Assembly: GCF_963921235.1 (NCBI RefSeq)
Contig: NC_086108.1
Location: forward strand, 4,216,001 to 4,280,000
DNA from: Mobula hypostoma
Taxonomy: Eukaryota
Reading direction: 5' to 3'
Length of the DNA: 64,000 nt
Shown in pieces: positions 1-12,594 of the stretch (the stretch's first letter is position 1; the number at the start of each line of letters is the position of its first letter). Under the pieces are notes generated by a model. The model was not told the DNA's origin. It saw only the letters and a program-made list of their open reading frames with translations, and did not search any database. The position numbers and the translations under genes were made by a program.

Positions 1-386
1 AGTTTCAGCCCCCCCAGCGGTGGGAATGGATTAATGCTGAGATCTTCCTTCGTGGTAGGCACATTCCAGGTCAGGGAATTTCTGGACTGCTCCAGGGTAG
101 AGACATTCTGGAGTGAACTTCCTTTGGTGAATCCATGTAGTGCCATTATTGAAGCAAAGTGGCCCTGTTTCCCTGGACTACTGCCATCCAACCACAGGCA
201 GATGTAATGCTGGAGAGGGTTCGGGGGGGGGGGCGGGTGCAGTACTGAGCTGCAGAGCAGTGACTCATTTACTGGCCTGACTGTTAGCAATCCCGAGCCA
301 TGAGTTCAAATCCCACCAAGGCCCCTAAATTTTTAAACTTAATGCTCTAAGTAACTTTACTACCAAAGTATATTTATGTTACCCAA

Positions 387-1156
387 ACACGAGGAATTCT
401 GCAGATGCTGGAAATTCAAGCAACACACATCAAAGTTGCTGGTGGAACACAGCAGGCCAGGCAGCATCTCTAGGAAGAGGTACAGTCGACGTTTCCGGTG
501 CTCCTGATGTGGCCTTCTATATATTGGCGAGACCCGACGCAGACTGGGAGATCGTTTTGCTGAACAGCTATGCTCTGTCTGCCAGAGAAAGCAGGATCTC
601 CCAGTGGCCACACATTTTAATTCCACATCCCATTCCCATTCTGACATGTCTATCCATGGCCTCCTCTACTGTAAAGATGAAGCCACACTCAGGTTGGAGG
701 AACAACACCTTATATTCCAACTGGGTAGCCTCCAACCTGATGGCATGAACATTGACTTCTCAAACTTCCGCTAATGTCCCACCTCCCCCTTGTACCCCAT
801 CCGTTATTTATTTATTTACTCATTCTTATTTCTCTCTCTCCTTTTTCTCCCTCTGTCCCTCTCACTATACCCCTTGCCCATCCTCTGAGTTCCCCCCCAC
901 TTTTCCTTCTTCCCGGTCCTCCTGTTCCATGATCCTCTCATATCCCTTTTGCCAATCAACTGTCCAGCTCTTGGCTCCATCCCCCCCCCCCCTGTCTTCT
1001 CCCATCATTTTGGATCTCCCCCTCCCCCCTCCCACTTTCAAATCTCTTACTCACTCTTGCTTCAGTTAGTCCTGACGAAGGGTCTTGGCCCGAAACGTCG
1101 ACTGTACCTCTTCCTAGAGACGCTGCCTGGCCTGCTGCGTTCACCAGCAACTTTGG
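387..1156 (+). mobile_element. Truncated Penelope-like element: inverted terminal-repeat fragment (387-495) + GIY-YIG C-terminus + pseudo-LTR
   Basis: Encodes LYIGETRRRLGDRF..., DLPVATHFNS..., LGSLQPDGMNIDFSNFR. 14-bp TSD TTTATGTTACCCAA at 373-386 and 1157-1170. Confidence 0.85.
1068..1103 (+). ncRNA. Minimal type I hammerhead ribozyme motif in Penelope pseudo-LTR
   Basis: AGTC-CTGACGA-A-GGG(TCTTGG)CCC-GAAA-CG-TC-GACT: stem I AGTC/GACT, core CUGANGA and GAAA, GUC cleavage triplet, palindromic ACGT in place of helix III. Confidence 0.75.
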
Positions 1157-1349
1157 TTTATGTTACCCAATACCATTTTGAGATGTGTTTTCTAGCAGGC
1201 ATTCACAGTAGAACAAAGAATTCCAATACAATCAGTGAAAAACTACACACACTGACAAAAGCAATGTGCAAAAGAAGACAATCTGTGCAAATACAAAAAT
1301 AAGTTAAAAAAAATACTGAAAACATAAGTCTTTTCATCAAAGGTGGATT

Positions 1350-2680
1350 AAATTAAGGTTAGTTTGCCAAATCGAAGGTGGTGACGAATCAATCTACAGG
1401 AGGGAGATTGAAAATGTGGCTGAGTGGTGCCATAACAGCACCCTCTCACTCAATGTCAGTATGACCAAGGAGCTGATTATTGACTTCAGGAAGAGGAAAC
1501 CAGAGGTCCATGAGCCAGTCCTCATCAGAGGGTCAGCAACTTTAAATTCCTCAGTGTTACTATTTCAGGGGACCTGTCCTGGGCCCAGCATGTAAACACC
1601 ATTACAAAGAAAGCACGGCAGCACCTCGACTTCCTCAGCAGTTTGCAAAGATTCAGCACGACATCTAAAGCTTCGACAAACTCCAAACGGTGTGTGCTGG
1701 AGAGTGTATTGACTGGCTGCGTCAGAGTTCAAAGTAAAATTTACTATTGGAGTACAGATATGTCACCACATACAACCCCGAGATCCTTTTTCTGTCTGCA
1801 AACTCTGCAAATCTGCAGAACAGGAACTGTAAACAAGCTGTGCAAATGCAGATAATAAATAAATAGCAATAAATAATGAGTCTGAAATAAGATAAGAGAG
1901 TCCTTAAATGAGTATAGTTACCCCCTTTTGTTCAAGAACCTGAGCAAAAGGCGATAACTTCACTGAGTCGTATGGAAACAACAACACCCTTGAATGGAAG
2001 ATCTTACAAAAAATAGCGGACACAGCCCAGTCCATCACGGGTAAAGCTCACCCCAGCATTGAGCACATCTTTAAAGAGCGTTGTCACAGGAGAGCAGCAT
2101 CCATCATCGGGGACCCCCTCCATGCTTGTCTCTCACCGCTGCCATCAGGTAGAAGGTACAGGAGCCTCAGGACCCAAACCACCAGGTTCAGGGATAGTTA
2201 CTGCTCTTCAAGCAAAAGGGAGAACTTAACTCAACTTCACTCGCCCCATCACTGAAATGTACCCACAACCTATGGACTCACTTTGAAGGGCTCTTCATCT
2301 TATGTTCGTGATATTTATTTATTATTGTTATTATTTTTGTATTTTGTACTTGCACAGCCTGTTGTCTTTTGCATATTGGTTGTTCATCTTAGAACAAGAG
2401 GTACTGCAGACGCTGGAAATCTAGAAAAATGCACACATTGTGCTGGAGGAGCTCAGCAGGTCCTGGTGAAGGGTCTCGGCCCGAAACGTCAACTGTTTAT
2501 TCCCATCCATGGATGCTGCCTGACCTGCTGAGTCCCTCCCGCACTGTATGTGCATTGGCTGTTTGTCCGCCCTGTTGGCTGTGGTCTTTCATTGATTTGT
2601 TTCTTGGATTTGTTGAGCAAAACAAATCGTAGGTTTGTATATGGTGATATATATGTACTTTGATAATAAGTCTACTTTCT
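1350..2680 (+). mobile_element. Decayed Rex1/Babar-type LINE 3' part, interrupted by smaller insertions
   Basis: Frameshifted motifs LSLNVS.TKELIIDFRK, FKFL.V.IS.DLSW.QH, ESVLTGC; 3' region gagcctcaggacc...accaggttcagg. Confidence 0.7.
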
Positions 2681-2730
2681 TCTTCAGGCTCTAAAGTGGG
2701 TCTGTACATTGTGGGATCAGTTCAGTGTTG

Positions 2731-3673
2731 TGGTGAGTGAAGTTATCCACACTGGTTCAGGAGCCTGATGGTTGAGGGGTAATAACTGTTCCTGAACCTG
2801 GTGGTGTGGGACCTGAGGCTCATTGTGGTGAGTGAAGTTATCCACACTGGTTCAGGAGCCTGATGGTTGTGGGGTAATAACTGCTCCTGAACCTGGTGGT
2901 GTGGGACCTGAGGCTCATTGTGGTGAGTGAAGTTATCCACACTGGTTCAGGAGCCTGATGGTTGTGGGGTAATAACTGTTCCTGAACCTGGTGGTGTGGG
3001 ACCTGAGGCTCATTGTGGGGAGTGAAGTTATCCACACTGGTTCAGGAGCCTGACGGTTGTGGGGTAATAACTGTTCCTGAACCTGGTGGTGTGGGACCTG
3101 AGGCTCATTGTGGGGAGTGAAGTTATCCACACTGGTTCAGGAGCCTGATGGTTGTGGGGTAATAACTGTTCCTGAACCTGGTGGTGTGGGACCTGAGGCT
3201 CATTGTGGTGAGTGAAGTTATCCACACTGGTTCAGGAGCCTGATGGTTGTGGGGTAATAACTGTTCCTGAACCTGGTGGTGTGGGACCTGAGGCTCATTG
3301 TGGTGAGTGAAGTTATCCACACTGGTTCAGGAGCCTGATGGTTGAGGGGTAATAACTGTTCCTGAACCTGTTGGTGTGGGACCTGAGGCTCATTGTGGGG
3401 AGTGAAGTTATCCACACTGGTTCAGGAGCCTGATGGTTGTGGGGTAATAACTGTTCCTGAACCTGTTGGTGTGGGACCTGAGGCTCATTGTGGTGAGTGA
3501 AGTTATCCACACTGGTTCAGGAGCCTGATGGTTGTGGGGTAATAACTGTTCCTGAACCTGGTGGTGCGGGACCTGAGGCTCATTGTGCTGAGTGAAGTTA
3601 TCCACACTGGTTCAGGAGCCTGATGGTTGTGGGGTAATAACTGTTCCTGAACCTGTTGGTGTGGGACCTGAGG
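2731..3673. repeat. 95-bp tandem array, 10 copies, derived from a Rex/Babar-type LINE 3' end on the minus strand
   Basis: Unit TGGTGAGTGAAGTTATCCACACTGGTTCAGGAGCC...GGGACCTGAGGCTCATTG starts at 2731, 2826 ... 3586; ORF track repeats with a 95-nt period. Confidence 0.95.
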
Positions 3674-3739
3674 CAGGAGATGGCAGCAGCGAGAAGTAAT
3701 TGATTAAAGCTGATTTTTTTTTTTCTCAAATAAACATCT

Positions 3740-4140
3740 CTAATTGTGGAACAAGGGGTTCTGGGAATGCAGGTCCATAATTCTTTGGAAGTGACATCAT
3801 AGGTAGATAAGGTTGTAAAGAAAGTTTTTGGTGCATTGGCCTTCATAAATCAAAGCATTGAGTACAGGAGATGGGATGTTATGTTGAAATTGTATAGGAC
3901 TTTGGTGAGGCCTAATTTGTAGTATCGTGTGCATTTCTGGTCACCTACCTACAGAAAAGATGTCAGTGATGTTGGAAGAGTGCAGAGAAAATGTACAAGG
4001 ATGTTGCCGAGACTGGAGGACCTGAGGTACAGGGAAAGATTGAACAGGTTGGGATTTTATTCCCTGGAGTGTAAAAGAATGAGGGGAGATTTGATAGAGC
4101 TATACAAAATTATGAGGGGTATAGATAGAGTGAATGCAAA
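3740..4140 (+). mobile_element. CR1 LINE ORF2 3' fragment
   Basis: FWSPTYRKDV...RVQRK.TRMLP.LEDLRYRERLNRLG.YSLE..RMRGDLIE (ORF 3929..4222). Confidence 0.88.
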
Positions 4141-4389
4141 CAGCAATGAGTGTTGGGTGCAGAATTCCCTTAACTGGAACATAAATCACAGGGAACCCAT
4201 TCAGGTCAAAATCAAAAACTAATCACTTAAGGACGAGAAGCAGAATGAAATCATATTCATATAATGAGCACTACGCCAAACGCAGTGACAGTATAAAAAT
4301 AGTCATCAAACAAACCCAAATAATTGTCATTCAGGTGTGTCAAGACCTGCCTCTGCCCAGTGCCCGTCCCCCGTCGCAGGTGCAAAGGG

Positions 4390-5020
4390 CTCATGACGGC
4401 GAGAGGCATGGAGGCCTCCCCCGGAGAGAGAGTTGTGCACCAAGTTGCTGGGAGCTCTGTTCACGTCACAGACGACCTCACCCGGTCCCTCAATATCACC
4501 TCCCTAAACAAGAAGGCGCAGCAATGTCTCCACTTCCTGAGGAGATTGAGGGGGTAGCCCAGAATCGGACTGGTAGTCCCTACAAAGGACTGTGGGAATG
4601 GCCAAGATGACCATAGGGGTCTCCCTACCGTCCATCGGGGACATTTATCAGGAGCACCGCATACGCAGGGTCCTTAGTATTATTAAGGAACCCACCCATC
4701 CATCCGGCATCCTCTTTGACTTTCTACCATCAGGCAGGAGACTCCGATGCATAAAAACAAGAACGGTCAGGATGGGAAACAGTTTCTTCCCTCAGGCCAT
4801 TAGGCTTCTGAACTCCCTGCCTCATCACATCGTTTAGTCTGTCCTGTACCTGACAATATTTAATTTATGCACTTTACTGTGTTTATTTATGTATAATTCA
4901 CCTGTAGATTTTATCCTTACTTTCCTAAGTTATTGTGTGTTGTACGTATGTCTGTGTACAACTGTGTTGTACACCCTGGTTTAGAGAAACGTCTCGTTTG
5001 GGTGTATACATGTACTTAGT
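4390..5020 (+). mobile_element. Rex1/Babar-type LINE 3' fragment
   Basis: KKAQQCLHFLRRLR and LPSGRRLRCIKTRTVRMGNSFFPQAIRLLN (ORFs 4324, 4592). Confidence 0.78.
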
Positions 5021-5694
5021 TAAATAGTCATAGTCATACTTTATTGATCCCGGGGGAAATTGGTTTTTGTTACAGTTGCACCATAAATAATAAATAGTAA
5101 TAAAACCATAAATAGTTAAATAATAATATGTAAATTATGCCAGTAAATTATGAAATAAGTCCAGGACCAGCCTATTGGCTCAGGGTGTCTGACCCTCCAA
5201 GAGAGGAGTTGTAAAGTTCGATGGCCACAGGCAGGAATGACTTCCTATGACGCTCTGTGTTGCATCTCGGTGGAAATGACAGTAAACTTGACTGTGGTCT
5301 AGGTGCTGGTCAATGGGACTTGGCAGGGTAATGGTTTAGCACAGACTTGATGGGCTGAAGGGCCTGTTTCTATGCTCTATGACTTTGTAATAAACCAAGT
5401 GGACGGGGGTGGGGTGCGTTCAGAATGTCTGGGATGAAAAGGGAGATGAGTTGGTTAGCAGAGAAACATTGCTCCTGTGCTGAGTGACACTATGATTGTC
5501 CTTTTGCAAGGAATGTTAATGAACCAGTTGGGCCTTTACAATATGTTAGTTTTATAGTGAGTTATTAATAGCAGAAGTTTATTTTATTAACAAATTCTTC
5601 AACATGCTGCCTGCTGTGCTGTGGTTCAAAGTCGAAAGTAAATGTATTATCAAAGTACGTACATATCACCATGTACAACCCTGAGGTTCATTCA

Positions 5695-6388
5695 CAAACA
5701 GAGAAAATCTGCAGGTGCTGGAAATAAAAGCAACACACACAAAATGCCGGAGGAACTCCACAGGCCACGCAGCATCCATGGGAAAGAGTGAACAGCCAAC
5801 CTTTCGGGCTGAGACCCTTCATCGGAACTGGAGAAAAAAGATGAGGAGTCAGCGTAGGGAGGTGGGGGAGGGGAGGAGGAAGTACAAGGCGGTAGGTGAA
5901 ACCGGCACCGGGGAGGGGTGAAGTGAAGAGCTGGGAAATTGAATGGTGAAAGAGATAACGGGCTGGAGAAGGAGGAATCTGACAGGAGAGGACAGAAGGC
6001 CATGGAAGAAAGGGAGGAGCAGCAGAAGGAGACGATGGGCGGGTAGGAAGATAGGATGAGAGAGGGAAATAGGAATGGTGAGAGAAATGGGAAGGCCATT
6101 ACTGGAAGTTTGAGAAATTAATGTTCATGCCATCAAGTTGGAGCTACTGAGAGGGAATGTAAGGTGTTGCCCATCCAGCCTGAGTGTGGTCTCATCATGG
6201 CAGCAGAGGAGGCCACGGACTGACCTGTCAGACTGGGAATGGGAATGCGAGGTGGAATTAAAACGGGTGGCTGTGGCTGCTGGGAAATCCTGCTTTGTCT
6301 GGCAGATGGACCAAAGGTGCTTCTCCATCCGCCAGAACAGGCGGGATCTCCCAGTGGCCACCCATTTTAATTCCCTTTCCCATTTCTG
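5695..6388 (-). mobile_element. Penelope-like element fragment with short inverted segment (6320-6388)
   Basis: Same pseudo-LTR and GIY-YIG C-terminal sequence as 387-1156, reverse strand; hammerhead core mutated (CCGATGA). Confidence 0.75.
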
Positions 6389-7589
6389 AGATTTGTTGTC
6401 TTGCAGACATTCACAATAAATATAAGAACCACAATCTTGTGTTTTAAATTTTATTTTATTGAGATACAGCTCAGAATAGGCCCTTTGAGCCCCGCCGCCC
6501 AGCAATTTGTGTTTGTCCGTCATGTCTGACGACAACAGGAAACCTGTGCGGGAGAGTTTTTAAAGTGGAAAGGCTGTTGCACTGGGAGAGTTCCACTCTC
6601 TACCTCAGACGTCTGAATCCAGTGGTGTGAACAAGTATCACAAACTGGGGCCTTCCTGGGTGGTAGTGTATGACCATGACATCTTCTGAGCTTTGTCATG
6701 TCCTTCGCTCTCCGCGAAGCGTTGCAGTAATACCGTCCTGGCTGTTGGATCTCATCTGCCCAGTCCGACACAATAGAATCAATGAAAGGCCACCCACAAC
6801 AAGATGCAGTAAATACTGAGAAAATGGAATGAAGAGTCCTTGAAATTGAGTCCATAGTTTCTGGAAACAGTTCAGTGTTGGGGTGAATGAAGTTATATCT
6901 CCTTTGGTTTAAGAGCCTGATGGTTGAGGGGTAATAAATGTTTCTGAACCTGTTGGTGTGGTCCTGAGGCTCCTGCATCTCCTTCCTGATAGATAGATAC
7001 TCTATTGATTCCACAGTAGCATTACAAGTGCACAGATATACAAATATTAGAATAGAAGTAAGAAAGAATTAAAAAAGGTTACCACAAGCAGCCTTCCCCA
7101 GCTATAGGTTGACTCATTATAGCGCCTAATGGCCGAGGGTAAGAATGACGTCATTTGGCGCTCTTTGGAGCAGCGACTGAGACAACAGCCTCCAGTGTGT
7201 CCAGTTTGACTCCTATAACAGAGCCAGCCTTTCTAATCTGTTTATTGAGCCTGTTGTCATCACCCATGGTGATGCCATTGCCCCAGCACACCACCACATA
7301 GAAGATTGTACTGATGACAGCAAATGGGTAGAACATGTGAAGGAGAGGTCCGCATACTCCAATGGACCTCCTGTTTCCTCTGACGGCAGCAGTGTGGGCT
7401 GCATGGTGGGAGTCCTTTATGATGGATGCTGCTTGCTTGTGACAACACTCCTTGTAGATGTGCTCAATGGAAGGGAGGACTTTGCCCATACTGGACTTAC
7501 ACATCAGTCCTGTTAATGAACACCAGATCTAGCATTAGGGAGACTTATAAGTTGGATTTGCTGGTTGTGCCCCCTCTTATTAGTCACTT

Positions 7590-8000
7590 CTGCCCTGGAA
7601 ACAGGGTCGGGCTGTCCAACCTATCAATGCCTCTTGTCATCCAAAACACTTTTATCAAGTCAGCTCTCATCCTCCTTCGCTCCAAAGAGAAAAGGCCCCG
7701 CTCACTCAACCTTTCCTGATAAGACAGGTATTTATTTTATAATTATTATATAATAAATTATATATAATATTATAATTCTGTCTAATCCAGGCAGCATCCT
7801 GGTAAATCTCCTCTGCACCCTCTGTAGAGCTTCCATATCCTTCCTATAATGAGGTGACCAGAACTGAACACAATATTCCAGGTGTGGTCTAACCAGGGTT
7901 TTATACAGCTGCAACGTTACCTCAGGGCTCTTGAACTCAATCCCTGACTTATGAAGGCCAATACATCGTACATCTTCTTGACCACCCTGTCATCTTTCAC
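7590..8000 (-). mobile_element. CR1 LINE ORF2 fragment
   Basis: [41 protein letters not shown] (ORF 7732..7914). Confidence 0.88.
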
Positions 8001-8859
8001 TGCAACTATCTTATACTAAATTGTGCAAAAAAGATATTTCAAGGAACTTCAGAGAAAGAGTTCTGGAGCTCAGGATCAAAACTGGGACCCTAGGTAGGCA
8101 GCTGTTCTACCCACTGCACTACTGTGCTGCTGCTAGCCTAGTCTCTGCCCCTGCCCCTGGGGCAAGAGTTGTGGTGTTAGGAGTCTGAGGGGCAGGGGCT
8201 GCACCTTCCCCTCTCACCTCCCATCTCAGTGAAGAAACTCTGTCGCTGAAAATGGCTGCTGCAGTGCCACTTGCTGCCTCCTACTATTGATTAGAGGCAC
8301 AGTCTCTCCATCCTACCCACCTCCCAGCGCCGAGGGAGTCCCACTCCCGACAAACAACCAGGGCAGTACTGAGGGAGGGCCTCTCTGAACCCTGAACCCC
8401 GGGTTAGGGACTTCTCTCCATTGCCATGGTGATTGATTCCTCAACCAACGTCACTGCCAGTAGCACCTCATCAGCTCTCCCCTCTCTCCCCCTTCCCCTC
8501 TACCCCACCTCTCCTCTTTCCCTCTGACCTCTCTCACTCACCTTCTTTCTCCCGTTTGTTCTGTTCCCCGGCAACACCAGTTTCATATTTGTGTGTGTGT
8601 TTTTTTTGTGGCAGAAAATGTTTCGTTCTCACTTTCTGGAATGTTCCTCCATCTGCAATTAATTTTTTTCCAAGAGAAGAGAAATAATGACAAACTCATT
8701 TTTGGAGCTGTTTTGGAAGTCTGGTCCCCATATGCTTTTCTTTCTCTCCCTTGCTCTCTTTCTATATATATATAATTATATCTTTTTGTCTCTCTCTCTC
8801 TCCCTCTCTGTCTTCCTGTCTTGCTGTCTCAATGCCTTTCTCTCCATCTTCCTGTCTCT

Positions 8860-8946
8860 CTCTCTCCCCCAAACTCCAGGGAGGAGAAAGTCAGTCTGTG
8901 ATCTCCCAGACTCCCACAGACACTCTCTCCACACCCTCTCTCCCTG

Positions 8947-8977
<31 letters not shown>

Positions 8978-9117
8978 TATCCAAACCCCAGGGAGGAGGG
9001 AGTCGGTCTGTGATCTCTCTCTCTCCCTCCCTCCCTCCTTCCCTCCCTCTCCCTCTCTCATACACATCTCCAAACCCAGGGAGGAGATAGTCGGTCTGTG
9101 ATCCTGTGATCTCTCCA

Positions 9118-9154
<37 letters not shown>

Positions 9155-9207
9155 CCTCTCTCTCCCTCTCCCTCTCCCCCTCTCCCTCTCCCTCTCCCTC
9201 TCTCCCT

Positions 9208-9238
<31 letters not shown>

Positions 9239-9330
9239 CCCCTCCCTCCCTCTCCCTCTCCCTCTCTCATACACACCTCCAAACCCCAGGGAGGAGAGAG
9301 TCGGTCTGTGATCCTGCGATCTCTTCATTC

Positions 9331-9361
<31 letters not shown>

Positions 9362-9692
9362 CACCTCCAAACTCCAGGGAGGAGTCAGTCTGTGATCTCC
9401 CAGACTCCCACAGACACTCTCACCACACCCTCTCTCCCTGTCTCTCTCTCTCTCTCACACACCTCCAAACCCCAGGGAGGAGAGAGTCGGTCTGTGATCT
9501 TGTGACCTCTCCATTCCCTCTCTCCCTCTCTCTCTCTCTCACACACACACACATATCCAAACCCCAGGGAGGAGAGAGTCGGTCTGTGACCCTGTGATCT
9601 CTCCATTCCCTCCCTCCCTCTCCCTCTCTCATACACACCTCCAAACCCCAGGGAGGAGAGAGTCGGTCTGTGATCCTGTGATCTCTCCATTC

Positions 9693-9756
<64 letters not shown>

Positions 9757-9892
9757 CCAAACCCCAGGGAGGAGGGAGTCGGTCTGTGACCCTGTGATCT
9801 CTCCATTCCCTCCCTCCCTCTCCCTCTCTCATACACACCTCCAAACCCCAGGGAGGAGAGAGTCGGTCTGTGATCCTGTGATCTCTCCATTC

Positions 9893-9946
<54 letters not shown>

Positions 9947-10080
9947 CCAAACCCCAGGGAGGAGGGAGTCGGTCTGTGACCCTGTGATCTCTCCATTCCC
10001 TCCCTCCCTCTCCCTCTCTCATACACACCTCCAAACCCCAGGGAGGAGAGAGTCGGTCTGTGATCCTGTGATCTCTCCAT

Positions 10081-10164
<84 letters not shown>

Positions 10165-10220
10165 CCAAACCCCAGGGAGGAGGGAGTCAGTCTGTGATCT
10201 GCCACAGACACTCTCTCCAC
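8860..10220. repeat. Compound minisatellite: about 13 copies of a conserved core separated by variable (CT)n/(CA)n microsatellites
   Basis: Core CCAAACCCCAGGGAGGAGAGAGTCGGTCTGTGA recurs at about 8869, 8981, 9070, 9279, 9366, 9465, 9557, 9641, 9757, 9841, 9947, 10031, 10165. Confidence 0.9.
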
Positions 10221-11352
10221 TCCCTTGCCCCTGGGTCTTTCTTTAAGAAAGTGTTTGGGCTGAAACTAGATCTACTGTGATGGGGAGGGAGAGGAGAGCA
10301 CGCCTGGAACCTTGGCTGAGGAGAGAGACTCCACCATCTGCGAGTGATTAGAGTTTGGAAAGCAGCTTGTTTTGAGGAAGCAGCGGACTGGATCCAGAAG
10401 GGGTTGTAGCGAGGCTGCCTGGGATCACGGTGACACCAGCACTTCACTACAAACTCTGCAGTCAAAGGCTGCACATCTGCAGGCAGGATCTTTCACCATT
10501 AAAGGGAAAGGACCACCTGGTTTTTAGAACAAAAATTGCCCAAAATTTACTTTCCAATTTAAATCCAATATTGCTTCCTCATCTAGTTACAAGTCCTTTA
10601 TTATTTGTTACTTCTTCCCAAACTCTGATCTGTTTAAGTGTTGGCTTGATATCCCGAGTGGGGGACACCGTTGCTGAATTTGTGCCCGAGTCGTCTCTTT
10701 AATCAGCTTTGTGGCGCCTGGCTTACAGAGCAGTGATATCATAAAGCACAGCACAGAAACAGGCCCTTCGGCCCATCTAGTCTGTGTCAAAACCATTTAA
10801 CCTCCCATCGACCTGCTGTGGGTCCATACCCCTCCATCCACGTACCCTTCCAAACTTGTCTTAAACTTTGAAATCCAGCTTGCATGCACCTTGCTCTGGC
10901 AGCTTGGTTGACTCTCTCCCCAGCCTCTGAGTGAAGTTTCCCGTCATGTCCCCCTTAAATTTTTCACATTTCACCCTTAACCCGTGATCTCTGGTTGTAC
11001 TGTAGTCCCACTCAACTTCTGTGGAGAAAGCCTGCTTGTATTTATCCTGTCTATATAATTTTGAATACCTTTATCAAATCTCCCCTCATAATTCTGCACT
11101 CCTCTATCAAATCTCCCCGCAATCTTCTACGTTCCAAGGAATAAAGGTCTAACCTATTCAATCTTTTCTTATAACTCAGGTCTTCCAGATTCAACAACAT
11201 CCTTGTAAATTGTCTCTGTACTCTTTCAATTTACTCTTTTATTTACATCTTTCCTGTGGGTAGGTGACCAAAACTGCACACAATACTCCAAATTAGGCCT
11301 CACCAACATCTTATACAACTTCAACATAACATCCCATCTCCTGTACTCAATA

Positions 11353-11595
11353 AACACACATCAAAGTTGCTGGTGAACGCAGCAGGCCAGGCAGCATCTA
11401 TAGGAAGAGGCGCAGTCGACGTTTCAGGCCGAGACCCTTCGTCCCTCACTCTTCCTTCAGTTAGTCCTGACGAAGGGTCTCGGCCTGAAACGTCGACTGC
11501 GCCTCTTCCTATAGATGCTGCCTGGCCTGCTGCGTTCACCAGCAACTTTGATGTATGTTGCTTCAATTTCCAGCATCTGCAGAATTCCTGTTGTT
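11353..11595. mobile_element. Inverted pair of Penelope pseudo-LTR fragments (foldback insertion)
   Basis: 91-bp arms 11353-11443 and 11469-11559 with one mismatch seen, 25-nt spacer; 14-bp TSD TCCTGTACTCAATA at 11339-11352 and 11596-11609. Confidence 0.9.
11463..11498 (+). ncRNA. Minimal hammerhead ribozyme motif (Penelope pseudo-LTR)
   Basis: AGTC-CTGACGA-A-GGGTCTCGGCCT-GAAA-CG-TC-GACT; core intact, stem II closed by a G-U pair. Confidence 0.7.
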
Positions 11596-12594
11596 TCCTG
11601 TACTCAATACTTGGATTTATGAAAGTCCATGTACCAAAGCTTTCTTTATGACCCTATCTACCTGTGACACCACTTTCAAAGAATTATGGATCTGTATTCT
11701 CAGATCCCTTTGTCCTACCACACCCCTCGGTGCCCTACCATTCACTGTGGAAGACCTACCCTGGTTGGTCCTACCAAAGTACAGAACCTCACACTTGTCT
11801 GCATTAAATTCCATCTGCCATTTTTCCAGCTGGTGCAGATCCCTGTGCAAGCTCTGATAGTCTTCCTCACTGTCCACCGCAAATCTTGGTGTCATCTGCA
11901 AATGTGCTGATCCGGTTAACCACATTATCATCCAGATCATTGATACAGATGACAAACCACAATGGACCCAGCACGATCCCTGCGGCACACTGCTAGTTAC
12001 AGGCCTCAAATCAGGGACAACCATCTACAACCACTCTCTGGCTGCTCCTGTGAAGCCAGTGTCTAATCCAATTGACTACCTCATCCTGAATGCCAGCGAG
12101 TCACTTACAGTTTCTACAGACCCAGTTCTGGTCAATGGGATTAGTGCCGATGTTTAGCACAGAGAGAATGTTTCTCTGCTCTTTGACTCTGTGTCATCTA
12201 GGACATAGAAAATCAGACTGCCATCAGGTTTCTGAATGGACACAGTACCATCAGGGAGGAGGTACAGGAGCCTGAAGACACACACTCAATGATTCAGGAA
12301 CAGCTTCTTCCCCAAAAGAACGGACATTGAACCCATGAACACTACCTCACTATTTTTATTTCTGTGTTTGCACTACTAATTTAAATTTTTAAGTAATAGT
12401 ATATATACTGTACATGTATGTATTTCTAATGTAATTTATAGTTTTTATAATGTTTTGCATTGTACTGCTGCCACAAAAAACAACAAATTTCTCCTTATAT
12501 GCCAGTGATATTAAACCTGATTCTGACTCTGACATAGAACAGTACAGCCCACAATATCGTGCCAACCTTTTAACCTACCCTAAGATCACTCTTG

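Larger units (their letters stand above)
10740..12100 (-). mobile_element. CR1 LINE 3' portion (RT C-terminus to tail), interrupted by a Penelope insertion
   Basis: PVTSSVPQGS and WQMEFNADKCEVLYFGRTN (ORF 11617..12024); CR1-type 3' UTR gaagggcctgtttctgtgctgtg. Confidence 0.85.

Noticed and set aside
2743..3846. Series of 65-aa ORFs (MDNFTHHNEP...) suggesting a tandem peptide gene family
   Set aside because: The 95-bp period cycles through frames; the peptide RFRNSYYP.TIRLLN is a LINE ORF2 C-terminus.
6515..6770. Segment similar to 26290-26560, initially suggesting a conserved exon
   Set aside because: Dispersed diverged copies without a conserved frame; most likely a TE fragment of a family I cannot assign.
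8860..10220. CRISPR-like repeat-spacer appearance
   Set aside because: Spacers are microsatellites, not unique sequences; no cas genes; vertebrate DNA.
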